From: an uncultured Candidatus Saccharibacteria bacterium
GTDB lineage: Bacteria > Patescibacteriota > Saccharimonadia > UBA4664 > CAZJNH01
Length of the DNA stretch: 51,111 bases
Assembly: GCA_964478595.1 (NCBI GenBank)
Contig: CAYZIN010000005.1
Coordinates: 1-51,111 of the forward strand
Direction of reading: 5' to 3'
A program made the translations under genes and the position numbers. The stretch's first letter is position 1; every line of letters starts with the position of its first letter. Under the pieces are notes generated by a model, which was given only the letters and a program-made list of their open reading frames with translations, searched no databases and was not told the DNA's origin. Shown here piece after piece: positions 37,825 to 45,737 of this stretch.

Positions 37825-38946
37825 CTAGTGGATGAAGGAGAGGGAGGATGTATTCCAGTAGCTTTCGGAGTAACGGCCGGTGAAGTCGGCGTTGTATTGG
37901 CTAACAAACACCCGACTACCCACCACCGCCTCAACGATCATGACGTGGCCAAATTCTCCGCCGGTGTAGACGCCGATGGCACCGTACTCGGGATTGTGGT
38001 CAACGGTCATGCCGGAAGCTTGGGCCCAACCGATCCAGTCTTTGGCGTTGGCCTCTCCCATACGCCCCCACGGTGGAATTGGCCGGCCAATGTTTGAGCG
38101 CTTCCAGGCCGCGTAAGACGTACATTCGCGATAATAAAAGCCCCACGGGTCGGCGCCGCTGTCTTGCTCGACGTTTGCCCAAGGATAACCACCGGTACCA
38201 CCATAACTACCCCCGCTGGAGTTGGCGTCAATTAAGGCCCGCTGTTGCGCCTGCAGCGACGATAGTTGGGCTTTGTCGTTTTGCAGTTTGGCTTGATATT
38301 GCGACTCTTCCCCCTGGGTTTGCGACAATAGATCGGCGGCTTCTTGCTGTTGCTGGGCTAAACCAAACTGCAATGCCTGCTCTTGGGCAATCGTGGCGTT
38401 AAGCTGCTTTTGCTCATCCTCGAGCTGCTTTTTGAGTGCCGCAATGGCCTTCGAGGCTTGCTGAACGTTATTTTTAATGCGCTCTTCATATTCTTGCTGG
38501 TCAACGAATTGACTTAGGCTGCCACTAGAGAATAAAACCTCAAGCGGAGTTTCTTGGGCCGACTGATAAATTAGCTTCACATTGGCGTGCAGCACCGCCT
38601 TTTTCTTTTCTAAATCGATATTGGCCTGGTTGATCTGATTGGTGATTTGTTGTTGCTTGGCGTTGTCTAGATCCAGCTGCGCCTGGTTGGCGGCAATTTG
38701 GGCATTGATTAAAGCGAGGTGGTTGGCCAAGGTGTCGGACTTACCCTTGATGTCATTATATTGCGCCTGACTATCGTTAACCTGGGACTGAGCAGCATCG
38801 ATTTGATCCTGCAACTGATCGGCTTTGGCGCGATGTGCAGACACTATAGCGAGCAACAAAAAAGCCGCCATTACAATTAGCAGCTTGGTTACCCAATCGA
38901 ACCGAACTAAGCTAGCGACTTTGGTTTGAACGTTTTGATATTGCAT
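37825..38946 (-). CDS. coiled-coil CHAP-domain peptidoglycan hydrolase (PcsB-like architecture)
   Basis: 373 aa. N-terminal TM, about 230 aa of Q/A/L-rich coiled coil, and a C-terminal CHAP domain with Cys (RECTSYAAWK) and His (GHVMIVE). Confidence 0.8.
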   Translation of the reverse strand: MQYQNVQTKVASLVRFDWVTKLLIVMAAFLLLAIVSAHRAKADQLQDQIDAAQSQVNDSQAQYNDIKGKSDTLANHLALINAQIAANQAQLDLDNAKQQQITNQINQANIDLEKKKAVLHANVKLIYQSAQETPLEVLFSSGSLSQFVDQQEYEERIKNNVQQASKAIAALKKQLEDEQKQLNATIAQEQALQFGLAQQQQEAADLLSQTQGEESQYQAKLQNDKAQLSSLQAQQRALIDANSSGGSYGGTGGYPWANVEQDSGADPWGFYYRECTSYAAWKRSNIGRPIPPWGRMGEANAKDWIGWAQASGMTVDHNPEYGAIGVYTGGEFGHVMIVEAVVGSRVFVSQYNADFTGRYSESYWNTSSLSFIH

Positions 38947-39003
38947 GCTGCCCCCTTACAGGCACAGCAATTATACCGCTTAGGCTTCGGGGTTGTCAAA
39001 GTG

Positions 39004-39927
39004 CTAGAGCTTTAGGTAACGACTCATCGCCAGCATCGAGGAGCCGACGCCGATCAGGGCCCCAAGCACCAGCTCACCGGCCAAGATCAAAAATGGTGAA
39101 TGCTGGAGGAGCTGGTCAACCCGCACCATATCGAAGTTCTTGGCCAAAAGCGCCTGTGGTGCCGTTACGGCGGTGAAAGCAATCAGGGTAGCAATCACTG
39201 CACCCATTAAACCGTAGAGCATGGCTTCAAAGAGGAAAGGTCCGCGAATAAACCATTTGGTCGCCCCCACCAGTTGCATGATTTCAATCTCCTCTTTTCG
39301 CGTAAAAATAGCCATGCGAATGGTGTTAAAAATGATTAGCGTTGAAATCGTCACGAACAATAAACTGGCAATCAACCCGAAAGTTTTAATAAAGTTACTG
39401 GAGTGAATAATTTTGTCGATGGTTTGCTTATGCTCACCTTCGTAGCTGGTCGGTTTTTGCGGATCAAGCAGGGGCTTCACGTCTTTACGGGAGACAAAGT
39501 CGGCGATTGGTGAGAGTTTGTTCTGGTCCTTAACCTTAACCTCAAATGAGGCTGGCAGCGGGTTGTCTTGTTCGTTTACCTGCTCCAACAAAATCGGCAC
39601 ATCTTTGTTCTGCTCGCGATAGCGGCGCAGCGCCTCCAGTTTGGAAACGTAATTTACCTGGACCACATTCTCGACTTGGCTTAGTTGATCTTTAAGCGTT
39701 GCGGTCTGTTGGGGGTTGGTTGAATCGTTAAGGTAAATTGAAACATCAATTTTATTCAGCAAATCTTTAATCGTGTCGGTGAGCGCCATATTAGCCACAA
39801 AAGACAGTATGATAATCGTTAAGGTCATGGTCATAACTACTGCCGCCGCGGTTGATAGCCAGGCATTGCGGAATAAGTTCCGGCCGCCGGCTTTCATGAT
39901 CCGACGTAGTGAAATAAACGAGCTCAT
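39004..39927 (-). CDS. ftsX: cell division permease-like protein FtsX
   Basis: 307 aa. Topology is TM, a large extracellular loop, then three TMs. A 4-nt overlap with ftsE is present. Confidence 0.9.
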   Translation of the reverse strand: MSSFISLRRIMKAGGRNLFRNAWLSTAAAVVMTMTLTIIILSFVANMALTDTIKDLLNKIDVSIYLNDSTNPQQTATLKDQLSQVENVVQVNYVSKLEALRRYREQNKDVPILLEQVNEQDNPLPASFEVKVKDQNKLSPIADFVSRKDVKPLLDPQKPTSYEGEHKQTIDKIIHSSNFIKTFGLIASLLFVTISTLIIFNTIRMAIFTRKEEIEIMQLVGATKWFIRGPFLFEAMLYGLMGAVIATLIAFTAVTAPQALLAKNFDMVRVDQLLQHSPFLILAGELVLGALIGVGSSMLAMSRYLKL

Positions 39928-40604
39928 AGCGTATATCTCCCCTGCTGGTCGTCACGGACAATCCGGCCCCGATTAATTGTAATCACTCGGCGCTTTAAGG
40001 CGTTGACGATTTCTTTGTTGTGAGTGGTTAATAGCACAGTCGTGCCAAAACGATTAATTTTAAGCAGCAGCTCAATAATTTCCCAAGCTGTTTTAGGATC
40101 CAAATTCCCAGTCGGCTCGTCGGCCACTAAAATTTTTGGTTGGCGGACCAGGGCTCGAGCAATCGAAGCTCTTTGGCGTTCACCGCCGGAGAGTTCGTCG
40201 GGAAAATTATTTAACTTCGCCGAAAGCCCTACCAGCTGCAGCACCTTGGGTACTGCCCGTTTAATTTCTTTGCTTGGGCTACCGGAAACTTCTAAAGCGA
40301 AGGCAACATTTTCAAACACGTTACGGTTAGGCAGCAATTTAAAGTCCTGAAACACCACCCCGATTGTGCGCCGAACTTTGGGAATATCCTTTTCGCTTAA
40401 AGTGTCATAATCCATTCCCGCCACCACAATTTTTCCCGAAGTCTGTTTTTCTTCACGAGTCAGTAATTTGATCAGTGTCGACTTCCCTGCCCCCGAAGCA
40501 CCGACGATGGTAACGAACTCTTTTGGCTGGATATGCAAATTCACGCCGCTTAAAGCGACGCTTTTGTTGGGATAGATTTTAGTAACACGGTCAAACAGTA
40601 TCAC
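39924..40604 (-). CDS. ftsE: cell division ATP-binding protein FtsE
   Basis: 226 aa. Walker A GASGAGKST, signature LSGGERQR, Walker B ILVADEPTG. Confidence 0.95.
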   Translation of the reverse strand: MILFDRVTKIYPNKSVALSGVNLHIQPKEFVTIVGASGAGKSTLIKLLTREEKQTSGKIVVAGMDYDTLSEKDIPKVRRTIGVVFQDFKLLPNRNVFENVAFALEVSGSPSKEIKRAVPKVLQLVGLSAKLNNFPDELSGGERQRASIARALVRQPKILVADEPTGNLDPKTAWEIIELLLKINRFGTTVLLTTHNKEIVNALKRRVITINRGRIVRDDQQGRYTL

Positions 40605-40638
40605 TACCGGAGTATTCTAGCATATTTAACTCTTACGG

Positions 40639-41715
40639 TTACTGTTGTAAATGACCGTATAAAGTTTCGAATCCGCCATGGTTGATGATGATGTAATGAC
40701 CGAAGCCGTAGGGCTGCCAGCCGTTATCAACAATCGTACCAGAAGCTGCTGCGTGCACCGGTTCGCCGTACGGACCAGACATGTCAATACCGTTGTGGAA
40801 ATGCAGATTTGGGCAACTGGGGTCGTAGGCTTCGAAGGAGTAGCTAGTGCAGCCGAAGCCTTGCGAAATCGTGAAATCATCGAGCGGCCAACTCACACGG
40901 CCAGAGTTTAAATACCCATTCGGGTCAACCGCTGCGCCGCCGCTAATGACCGTAAAGTGCAAGTGCGGACCAGTTGAATTACCGGTTGAACCTTCGTAGC
41001 CAATCACCTGGCCCTTAACCACAAACCCATAATTCTTGGCGCCGCCACTACCCACAGCCGCCGAAATGCTTGAGATAATTTGCGCCTGCTGAGCATTGGC
41101 CTGGTTTAGTAGGGCTTGATAGCTCGCTTCCTCGCCCTGCGTTTTAGCCAAAAGGTCAGCGATGTTTTTCTGCTGCGCGGCCAAAGCGTTTTTGTCGGAA
41201 TCTAGCTTGGCTTTTTGATTATCGAGCTCTTTTCGATCGGCCGTAATTTCCTTGATTAGCTGCTGAACCTCGGTCTGGCCGGCCTGAAGATACTGCTCCT
41301 TGTCCATAAACTGGCTAAAGTTGTCGGAGCTGTAAAGCATCTCAAGATCCGAGGTGTCCCCGTTGTAATATTGCTGGCGAATATATTCATCTAAAACTTT
41401 TTTCTTGGCATCAATGCGAGCATTAATTAATTCAATTTTAGCCTCTACGTCATTGATCTGACCCTGCAACGCATCGGCTTGAGCCTGCATGGCAGCAATT
41501 TGGCCCTGCAAAGTCGCAGCTTCGTCGGACTTTTGATTAACGTTGTTTTGTAGTTGCTGGATCTGCGTGTCGTTACTTTGTGCCTGTTGCTCAAGCTGAT
41601 CCAGCGAAGCGGCCCGGGCAAAAAGCGGAGCCAAAATAAAGGCCGCTACTAGGGCTAATCTGCCATAGCGGCGGCTAAAAGTTACTAAATTCCTTGCCGG
41701 TACCCTCAACTCCAC
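40639..41715 (-). CDS. coiled-coil M23 metallopeptidase (EnvC-like architecture) with permuted motif order
   Basis: 358 aa with a signal/TM segment and about 190 aa of coiled coil. TGPHLHF (HxH) at residues 251-253 precedes HNGID (HxxxD) at residues 307-311. The protein ends at FETLYGHLQQ. Confidence 0.8.
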   Translation of the reverse strand: MELRVPARNLVTFSRRYGRLALVAAFILAPLFARAASLDQLEQQAQSNDTQIQQLQNNVNQKSDEAATLQGQIAAMQAQADALQGQINDVEAKIELINARIDAKKKVLDEYIRQQYYNGDTSDLEMLYSSDNFSQFMDKEQYLQAGQTEVQQLIKEITADRKELDNQKAKLDSDKNALAAQQKNIADLLAKTQGEEASYQALLNQANAQQAQIISSISAAVGSGGAKNYGFVVKGQVIGYEGSTGNSTGPHLHFTVISGGAAVDPNGYLNSGRVSWPLDDFTISQGFGCTSYSFEAYDPSCPNLHFHNGIDMSGPYGEPVHAAASGTIVDNGWQPYGFGHYIIINHGGFETLYGHLQQ

Positions 41716-41793
41716 GAACTCTAATTTACCGTAGGCATTTTGAAAGTCAAACCTTGATTTTTAAAGTAATCGTGGTAATGCTAGCGGCTAAAT

Positions 41794-42873
41794 TTAAGTA
41801 ATATTCTTCTGTAAAAATGCGTTAATAAATAAATCGATATTGCCGGACAAAACCGCGTCGGTATCGCTCGTCTCAATATTGGTACGATGATCTTTAACCA
41901 TTTGGTAGGGGTGCAGAACGTACGACCTTATTTGACTCCCCCATTGCTCCGGCCCGCTCTCTACTTTAATTTCCGAAAGCTTCTGCTTATGCTGCTGCTC
42001 CATTAAGGCCGCCAACCGGGCCCGCAAAACTTCCATGGCCTTTTCTTTGTTTTGCATCTGCGAACGTTCGTTTTGGATACTGACCGTAACTTTGGTTGGC
42101 ATGTGCGTAATGCGCACCGCCGAATCGGTGGTATTAACCGACTGGCCGCCATGGCCGCCACTTCGAAAGACATCAATTTTTAAATCTTTGGGGTCGATCT
42201 CCAGTTCCGGTCCGGAAATTTTCGGCATCACCTCAACCAACGCAAACGAAGTTTGACGCAAATTGTCGGCATTATACGGACTTAGCCGGACCAATCGGTG
42301 GACTCCTTTTTCGCTTTTTAGGTTGCCGTAAGCGTATGGCCCATCGATTTCAAGGGTGACGCTCTTGATTCCAGCTTCCTCGCCTTTAGATTGGTCTAAA
42401 ACGTTGGTCTTAAAAGCTTTTTTCTCCGCCCAACGCAAATACATCCGCTCGATCATTTCCGCCCAGTCCTGGGCATCGGTACCGCCGGTACCCGCATAAA
42501 TTGAAATAACGGCCGAGTCCCTGTCGTAATCTCCGGCCATTTTCAATTCAAACTCTTTTTGCCCAAACTCTTTCGCTAACCGGTTGTAGCCCAGCTCCAC
42601 CTCGGGTTTCAAAGAATTGTCGCCGGTTGAGGCTAATTCGAAATTGTCCCCCACCTCTTGTTGTAACTCCCGCCAAGCTTCGATGTGTTTTTTGAGTTGT
42701 GCCTGCTCGGCCGCCACCCCCGCGGCCTTTTCTTGATTCGACCAAAAATCCGGCTTGGCCATCTGCTCCTCTAGCTCAGCCGCCTTTTTTTCTTCGCCAG
42801 CTAAATTGATTTGCTCAATCGCCTGATCGACTCTTTGCTTTAAGCCTTCAAGCTTGTGCCGCAGTTCTTCCAT
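41794..42873 (-). CDS. prfB: peptide chain release factor 2
   Basis: 359-aa single uninterrupted ORF. GGQ is present (SGGHGGQSVN). The RF2-type tripeptide region reads RLSPYN. The C-terminus includes WGSQIRSYVLHPY. Confidence 0.92.
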   Translation of the reverse strand: MEELRHKLEGLKQRVDQAIEQINLAGEEKKAAELEEQMAKPDFWSNQEKAAGVAAEQAQLKKHIEAWRELQQEVGDNFELASTGDNSLKPEVELGYNRLAKEFGQKEFELKMAGDYDRDSAVISIYAGTGGTDAQDWAEMIERMYLRWAEKKAFKTNVLDQSKGEEAGIKSVTLEIDGPYAYGNLKSEKGVHRLVRLSPYNADNLRQTSFALVEVMPKISGPELEIDPKDLKIDVFRSGGHGGQSVNTTDSAVRITHMPTKVTVSIQNERSQMQNKEKAMEVLRARLAALMEQQHKQKLSEIKVESGPEQWGSQIRSYVLHPYQMVKDHRTNIETSDTDAVLSGNIDLFINAFLQKNIT

Positions 42874-42903
42874 AACCTAAGTATGACGTATCTTCAGGTA
42901 CAC

Positions 42904-42929
42904 AAAAAGACCCCCGAAGGGGTCTTTTT
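42904..42929. terminator. bidirectional intrinsic terminator
   Basis: AAAAAGACCCC-CGAA-GGGGTCTTTTT, with A/T tracts on both sides. It lies between the LPXTG gene and prfB. Confidence 0.8.
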
Positions 42930-42989
42930 GTTGCATTGTCATGCGACAAAGCGCCATAGTAATGGGCCTTTCGGCCCGCTACCGTTTGC

Positions 42990-44120
42990 TTAGCGCTTGT
43001 TCTTCAAAGCTTTAAGCAGGTTGCGCTTAGAACGGATCCAGCCGCGGGTTGCATAACCCAACGCACCGAGACCCATCACACCAGAAGTCGCTTCCGCGCC
43101 GGTTTGGGGCAACGGAGTTGAGCTCGGAGTGGGCGGGGTCGGAATGGTACCGCCGCCACAAGACTTGGTAACATGCGTTAAAGCCACGTTCACAATGTCG
43201 TTAGTGGTGTCGGCCCGGACAAACCCAACGTTCTTAAACAAGTGATCACCACAGGTGATGTCGTCGTTTATTTTAACCTTGAACAAAACGTAGGCTACCG
43301 AACCGGGTTCGTAGTCACCGACGTTAACACCACCGTGGGTGATGTTGTCGGAACCTAGCGGACCGCCGTTCGGATTAGCAGTAGTTTTGATCATCGCGCT
43401 ACCGTTAATGTAAGTCATGTTAGGCGGCAAGTTGTCGCCTACGATCACATTGGTGAGCTTGGTGTTACCTTCGTTTTTGAAACGAATTTCGTAGTCCAAG
43501 GTGTCGCCGGCGTTGGCGGTGTCCTCGGTTACGAAGTTAGAAGTACCGTCAACTCGGACGTACTTGTTGATCGAAAGTAACGGAGCCTTAACTCGAGCCA
43601 AAATAGTTACAGTAGCCGCGAAGTTAAAGCAAGGTTTTTCGTTTTCTAGAACCAAACCGCCATTGGCGACTTGGTCTGAGATACCTTCGGTTACCCAGTT
43701 AGGGTTAGCGTTGGTACCGGTGTTGTGGCGCCATTTGGCTGAACCCGGAATGTATTCCAGGAACGAGTTGGCGTTAGTGTTAACCGTAGCGGTCGAAACA
43801 ACCGTATTAGAGTTGTCGGCCGAAGCGGTACCGGTAATAGTGTGAGTAGCACCGGTGGTGGACGGAACGTCGATTTTAACCTTTAGGTTTTGCGCAATTT
43901 TGCCAGAGTTGGCATCTTCCATGTTGTGATAGGTCACTTGGACCTTAACCACATCATCGTCGTGCGCGTTCACACTATAGGCGTAGTCAACGTTTTGAGT
44001 AACGTTACCAACTTGGGTAACGGACTCGATCGTGACTTGGTCAACGGCGTGGGCCATAACCGGCATTAAAGCCAGCGCGCCCGCACCGATTGCCATAGCC
44101 AATTTCTTAAATAGCTTCAT
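42990..44120 (-). CDS. LPXTG-anchored surface protein with DUF11-like repeats
   Basis: 376 aa. Signal peptide MKLFKKLAMAIGAGALALMPVMAHA. The C-terminus is LPQTG, a hydrophobic stretch, then a basic tail RSKRNLLKALKNKR. A strong AAAGGAGG lies upstream. Confidence 0.8.
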   Translation of the reverse strand: MKLFKKLAMAIGAGALALMPVMAHAVDQVTIESVTQVGNVTQNVDYAYSVNAHDDDVVKVQVTYHNMEDANSGKIAQNLKVKIDVPSTTGATHTITGTASADNSNTVVSTATVNTNANSFLEYIPGSAKWRHNTGTNANPNWVTEGISDQVANGGLVLENEKPCFNFAATVTILARVKAPLLSINKYVRVDGTSNFVTEDTANAGDTLDYEIRFKNEGNTKLTNVIVGDNLPPNMTYINGSAMIKTTANPNGGPLGSDNITHGGVNVGDYEPGSVAYVLFKVKINDDITCGDHLFKNVGFVRADTTNDIVNVALTHVTKSCGGGTIPTPPTPSSTPLPQTGAEATSGVMGLGALGYATRGWIRSKRNLLKALKNKR

Positions 44121-44228
44121 TAAAATTCCTCCTTTTGAAGGAAAAGCTTAAGTTAATATACTTTTTGACTTACAAAAAGCTTTGAAATGATGACAATGTC
44201 AATGGACACTTTTCCGCACCTGCGGATA

Positions 44229-44262
44229 GTCCTTTAAGCCGAATAGTCAAAGATAATCAAGA
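44229..44262. repeat. left arm of the imperfect inverted repeat flanking the GC-rich cassette
   Basis: GTCCTTTAAGCCGAATAGTCAAAGATAATCAAGA matches the reverse complement of 47588-47623. The matching blocks are GTCCTT, a 15-nt exact core GCCGAATAGTCAAAG, and AATCAAGA. Confidence 0.75.
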
Positions 44263-44272
44263 AAATGTTGCC

Positions 44273-44302
44273 CCTCGGAGCCCCCTAGTGGGGACTCCGA
44301 GG
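44273..44302 (-). terminator. strong hairpin after the last cassette gene
   Basis: CCTCGGAG(C)CCCC-TAGT-GGGG(A)CTCCGAGG. On the minus strand it is followed by GGCAACATTTTCTTG. Confidence 0.55.
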
Positions 44303-44338
44303 TCCTTGGAATTAACCTTCCTTGAGAGGTAGTGGAAG

Positions 44339-45724
44339 CTAGAAGCCTCCGGGATCGCCAGAGCCGTGATCGGTTCCAGACTGGTTGCTGTTGGGATCTG
44401 GTGTCCCGCCAGTAGAGCCATTCTGGCCGTTATCCGTTCCGGGATCGTTGGTGTTACACCCTTGGCAACCAGTGTTGGTGCCGTAGGGGTTTGGGGTCAT
44501 TATGGGGCCCCCATCGGGCGGCGGCTGTTGCTGCTGCTCGATGTTTTGCATGCAACCGGGAGAACCGCACCCCGCAGAGGGTGCAACCTGCGCAGGATTG
44601 TTATCCTGCAACGGCTGCTTCTGCGGCCCGTTCAGGTTGACACAAGGTGTCGCCCTGTCCGTCGTCGCGCCCCCGTTGGGACACTTCACCGACTGAGGCG
44701 GCGGTGGTTGGCAGTTGTGCGTGCACGGCGGCTGGTTGATCGGCGGTGCCGGCGGCGTGTTAGGCCTGACCGGCACAATCGCGCGGAAGTTGGGGTTACC
44801 GCAGTCCGCGCGAATCGATGCACCTAGTACCGGGATGCCATCCTTTCTGATGAACAACCAGAGGATGTCATGCGCCGGTACCGAGCGGGCCTGGTCCTCG
44901 GTCAGGACCTGGCCGCCAACGTGGTACGTCGTACCGAACCACTGAGCCGGGACTGCAAACCACACCGGGACGTAACCTGAGCCGTCGAGCGCTCGAGACT
45001 GTTCGTCCTTTGGCAGGGCCGACAACACGCGAGCGCGAGCCGCCGGATTCGCCGCCAAGAAGTCCGCAATGTCCTTATGAGACCTCAACGTCTTTCCGGA
45101 GAAAGCCGCCGAGCCGCGAACTTCGGTGTGATCGTTGAACGGCACTTCGTTGCCGACCTTGATCTCGCCTGGCTGCCAGCCCATCGGGCCGAACACAGCC
45201 ATGGCGATTGCCTTGGGGTCGGAGCATTTGCCTCCGGCCAAGACCGCGCCCTTCGGGCAGGTCGGAACAGACGAAGCTTTGCTGGCCGACGTCGGGGTGG
45301 TTGAGCAGAAGATCCCAACCGCCAGGAGGAGGATCGCTCCCCATCCAAGTGCCCGGTTCATCCTCACCCGCTGCACCCGGCTGCTGTAGTGATCGTTGAA
45401 CCCGATCGCTACCGTCAGCACAAGCGTGACGATGAAGATGGCGACCAGCGCGACCCACCAAGCGTGATCGAGGTGATCGAACCGCCGGGAGACCGCGGGC
45501 CAGACCTTGCCGACGAGCTGGTGGTTGTACAGGTTGTACCCGACCAGCGCCAGCAGAGCCAGGATCGCCCCGATCGGCGGCCAGTACCACCCGTGAAACA
45601 GGATCGGGCGGTCGAACTGGTCGGTCTCGGTCGGGTCGTGGCGCTGTCTTTCGAGGTCGCGAACCTCGTCTTCGAGGTCCTCAACCTCCCTACGGAGCCT
45701 GACTTCATCCTCGATGATCGCCAT
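44339..45724 (-). CDS. hypothetical 3-TM membrane protein with a large extracytoplasmic domain and a Pro/Cys/Gly/Asn-rich tail
   Basis: 461 aa. GAAAGGAGC sits 4 nt upstream of the ATG. It has an acidic coiled-coil N-terminus and three hydrophobic helices (about residues 46-66, 89-109 and 126-142) with an Arg-rich inside loop. No family recognised. Confidence 0.75.
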   Translation of the reverse strand: MAIIEDEVRLRREVEDLEDEVRDLERQRHDPTETDQFDRPILFHGWYWPPIGAILALLALVGYNLYNHQLVGKVWPAVSRRFDHLDHAWWVALVAIFIVTLVLTVAIGFNDHYSSRVQRVRMNRALGWGAILLLAVGIFCSTTPTSASKASSVPTCPKGAVLAGGKCSDPKAIAMAVFGPMGWQPGEIKVGNEVPFNDHTEVRGSAAFSGKTLRSHKDIADFLAANPAARARVLSALPKDEQSRALDGSGYVPVWFAVPAQWFGTTYHVGGQVLTEDQARSVPAHDILWLFIRKDGIPVLGASIRADCGNPNFRAIVPVRPNTPPAPPINQPPCTHNCQPPPPQSVKCPNGGATTDRATPCVNLNGPQKQPLQDNNPAQVAPSAGCGSPGCMQNIEQQQQPPPDGGPIMTPNPYGTNTGCQGCNTNDPGTDNGQNGSTGGTPDPNSNQSGTDHGSGDPGGF

Positions 45725-45737
45725 CGAAGCTCCTTTC

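Noticed and set aside
41794-42873. Programmed +1 frameshift in prfB
   Set aside because: I looked for an early in-frame TGA or a split ORF. The gene is one continuous 359-aa ORF, so no frameshift needs to be invoked.
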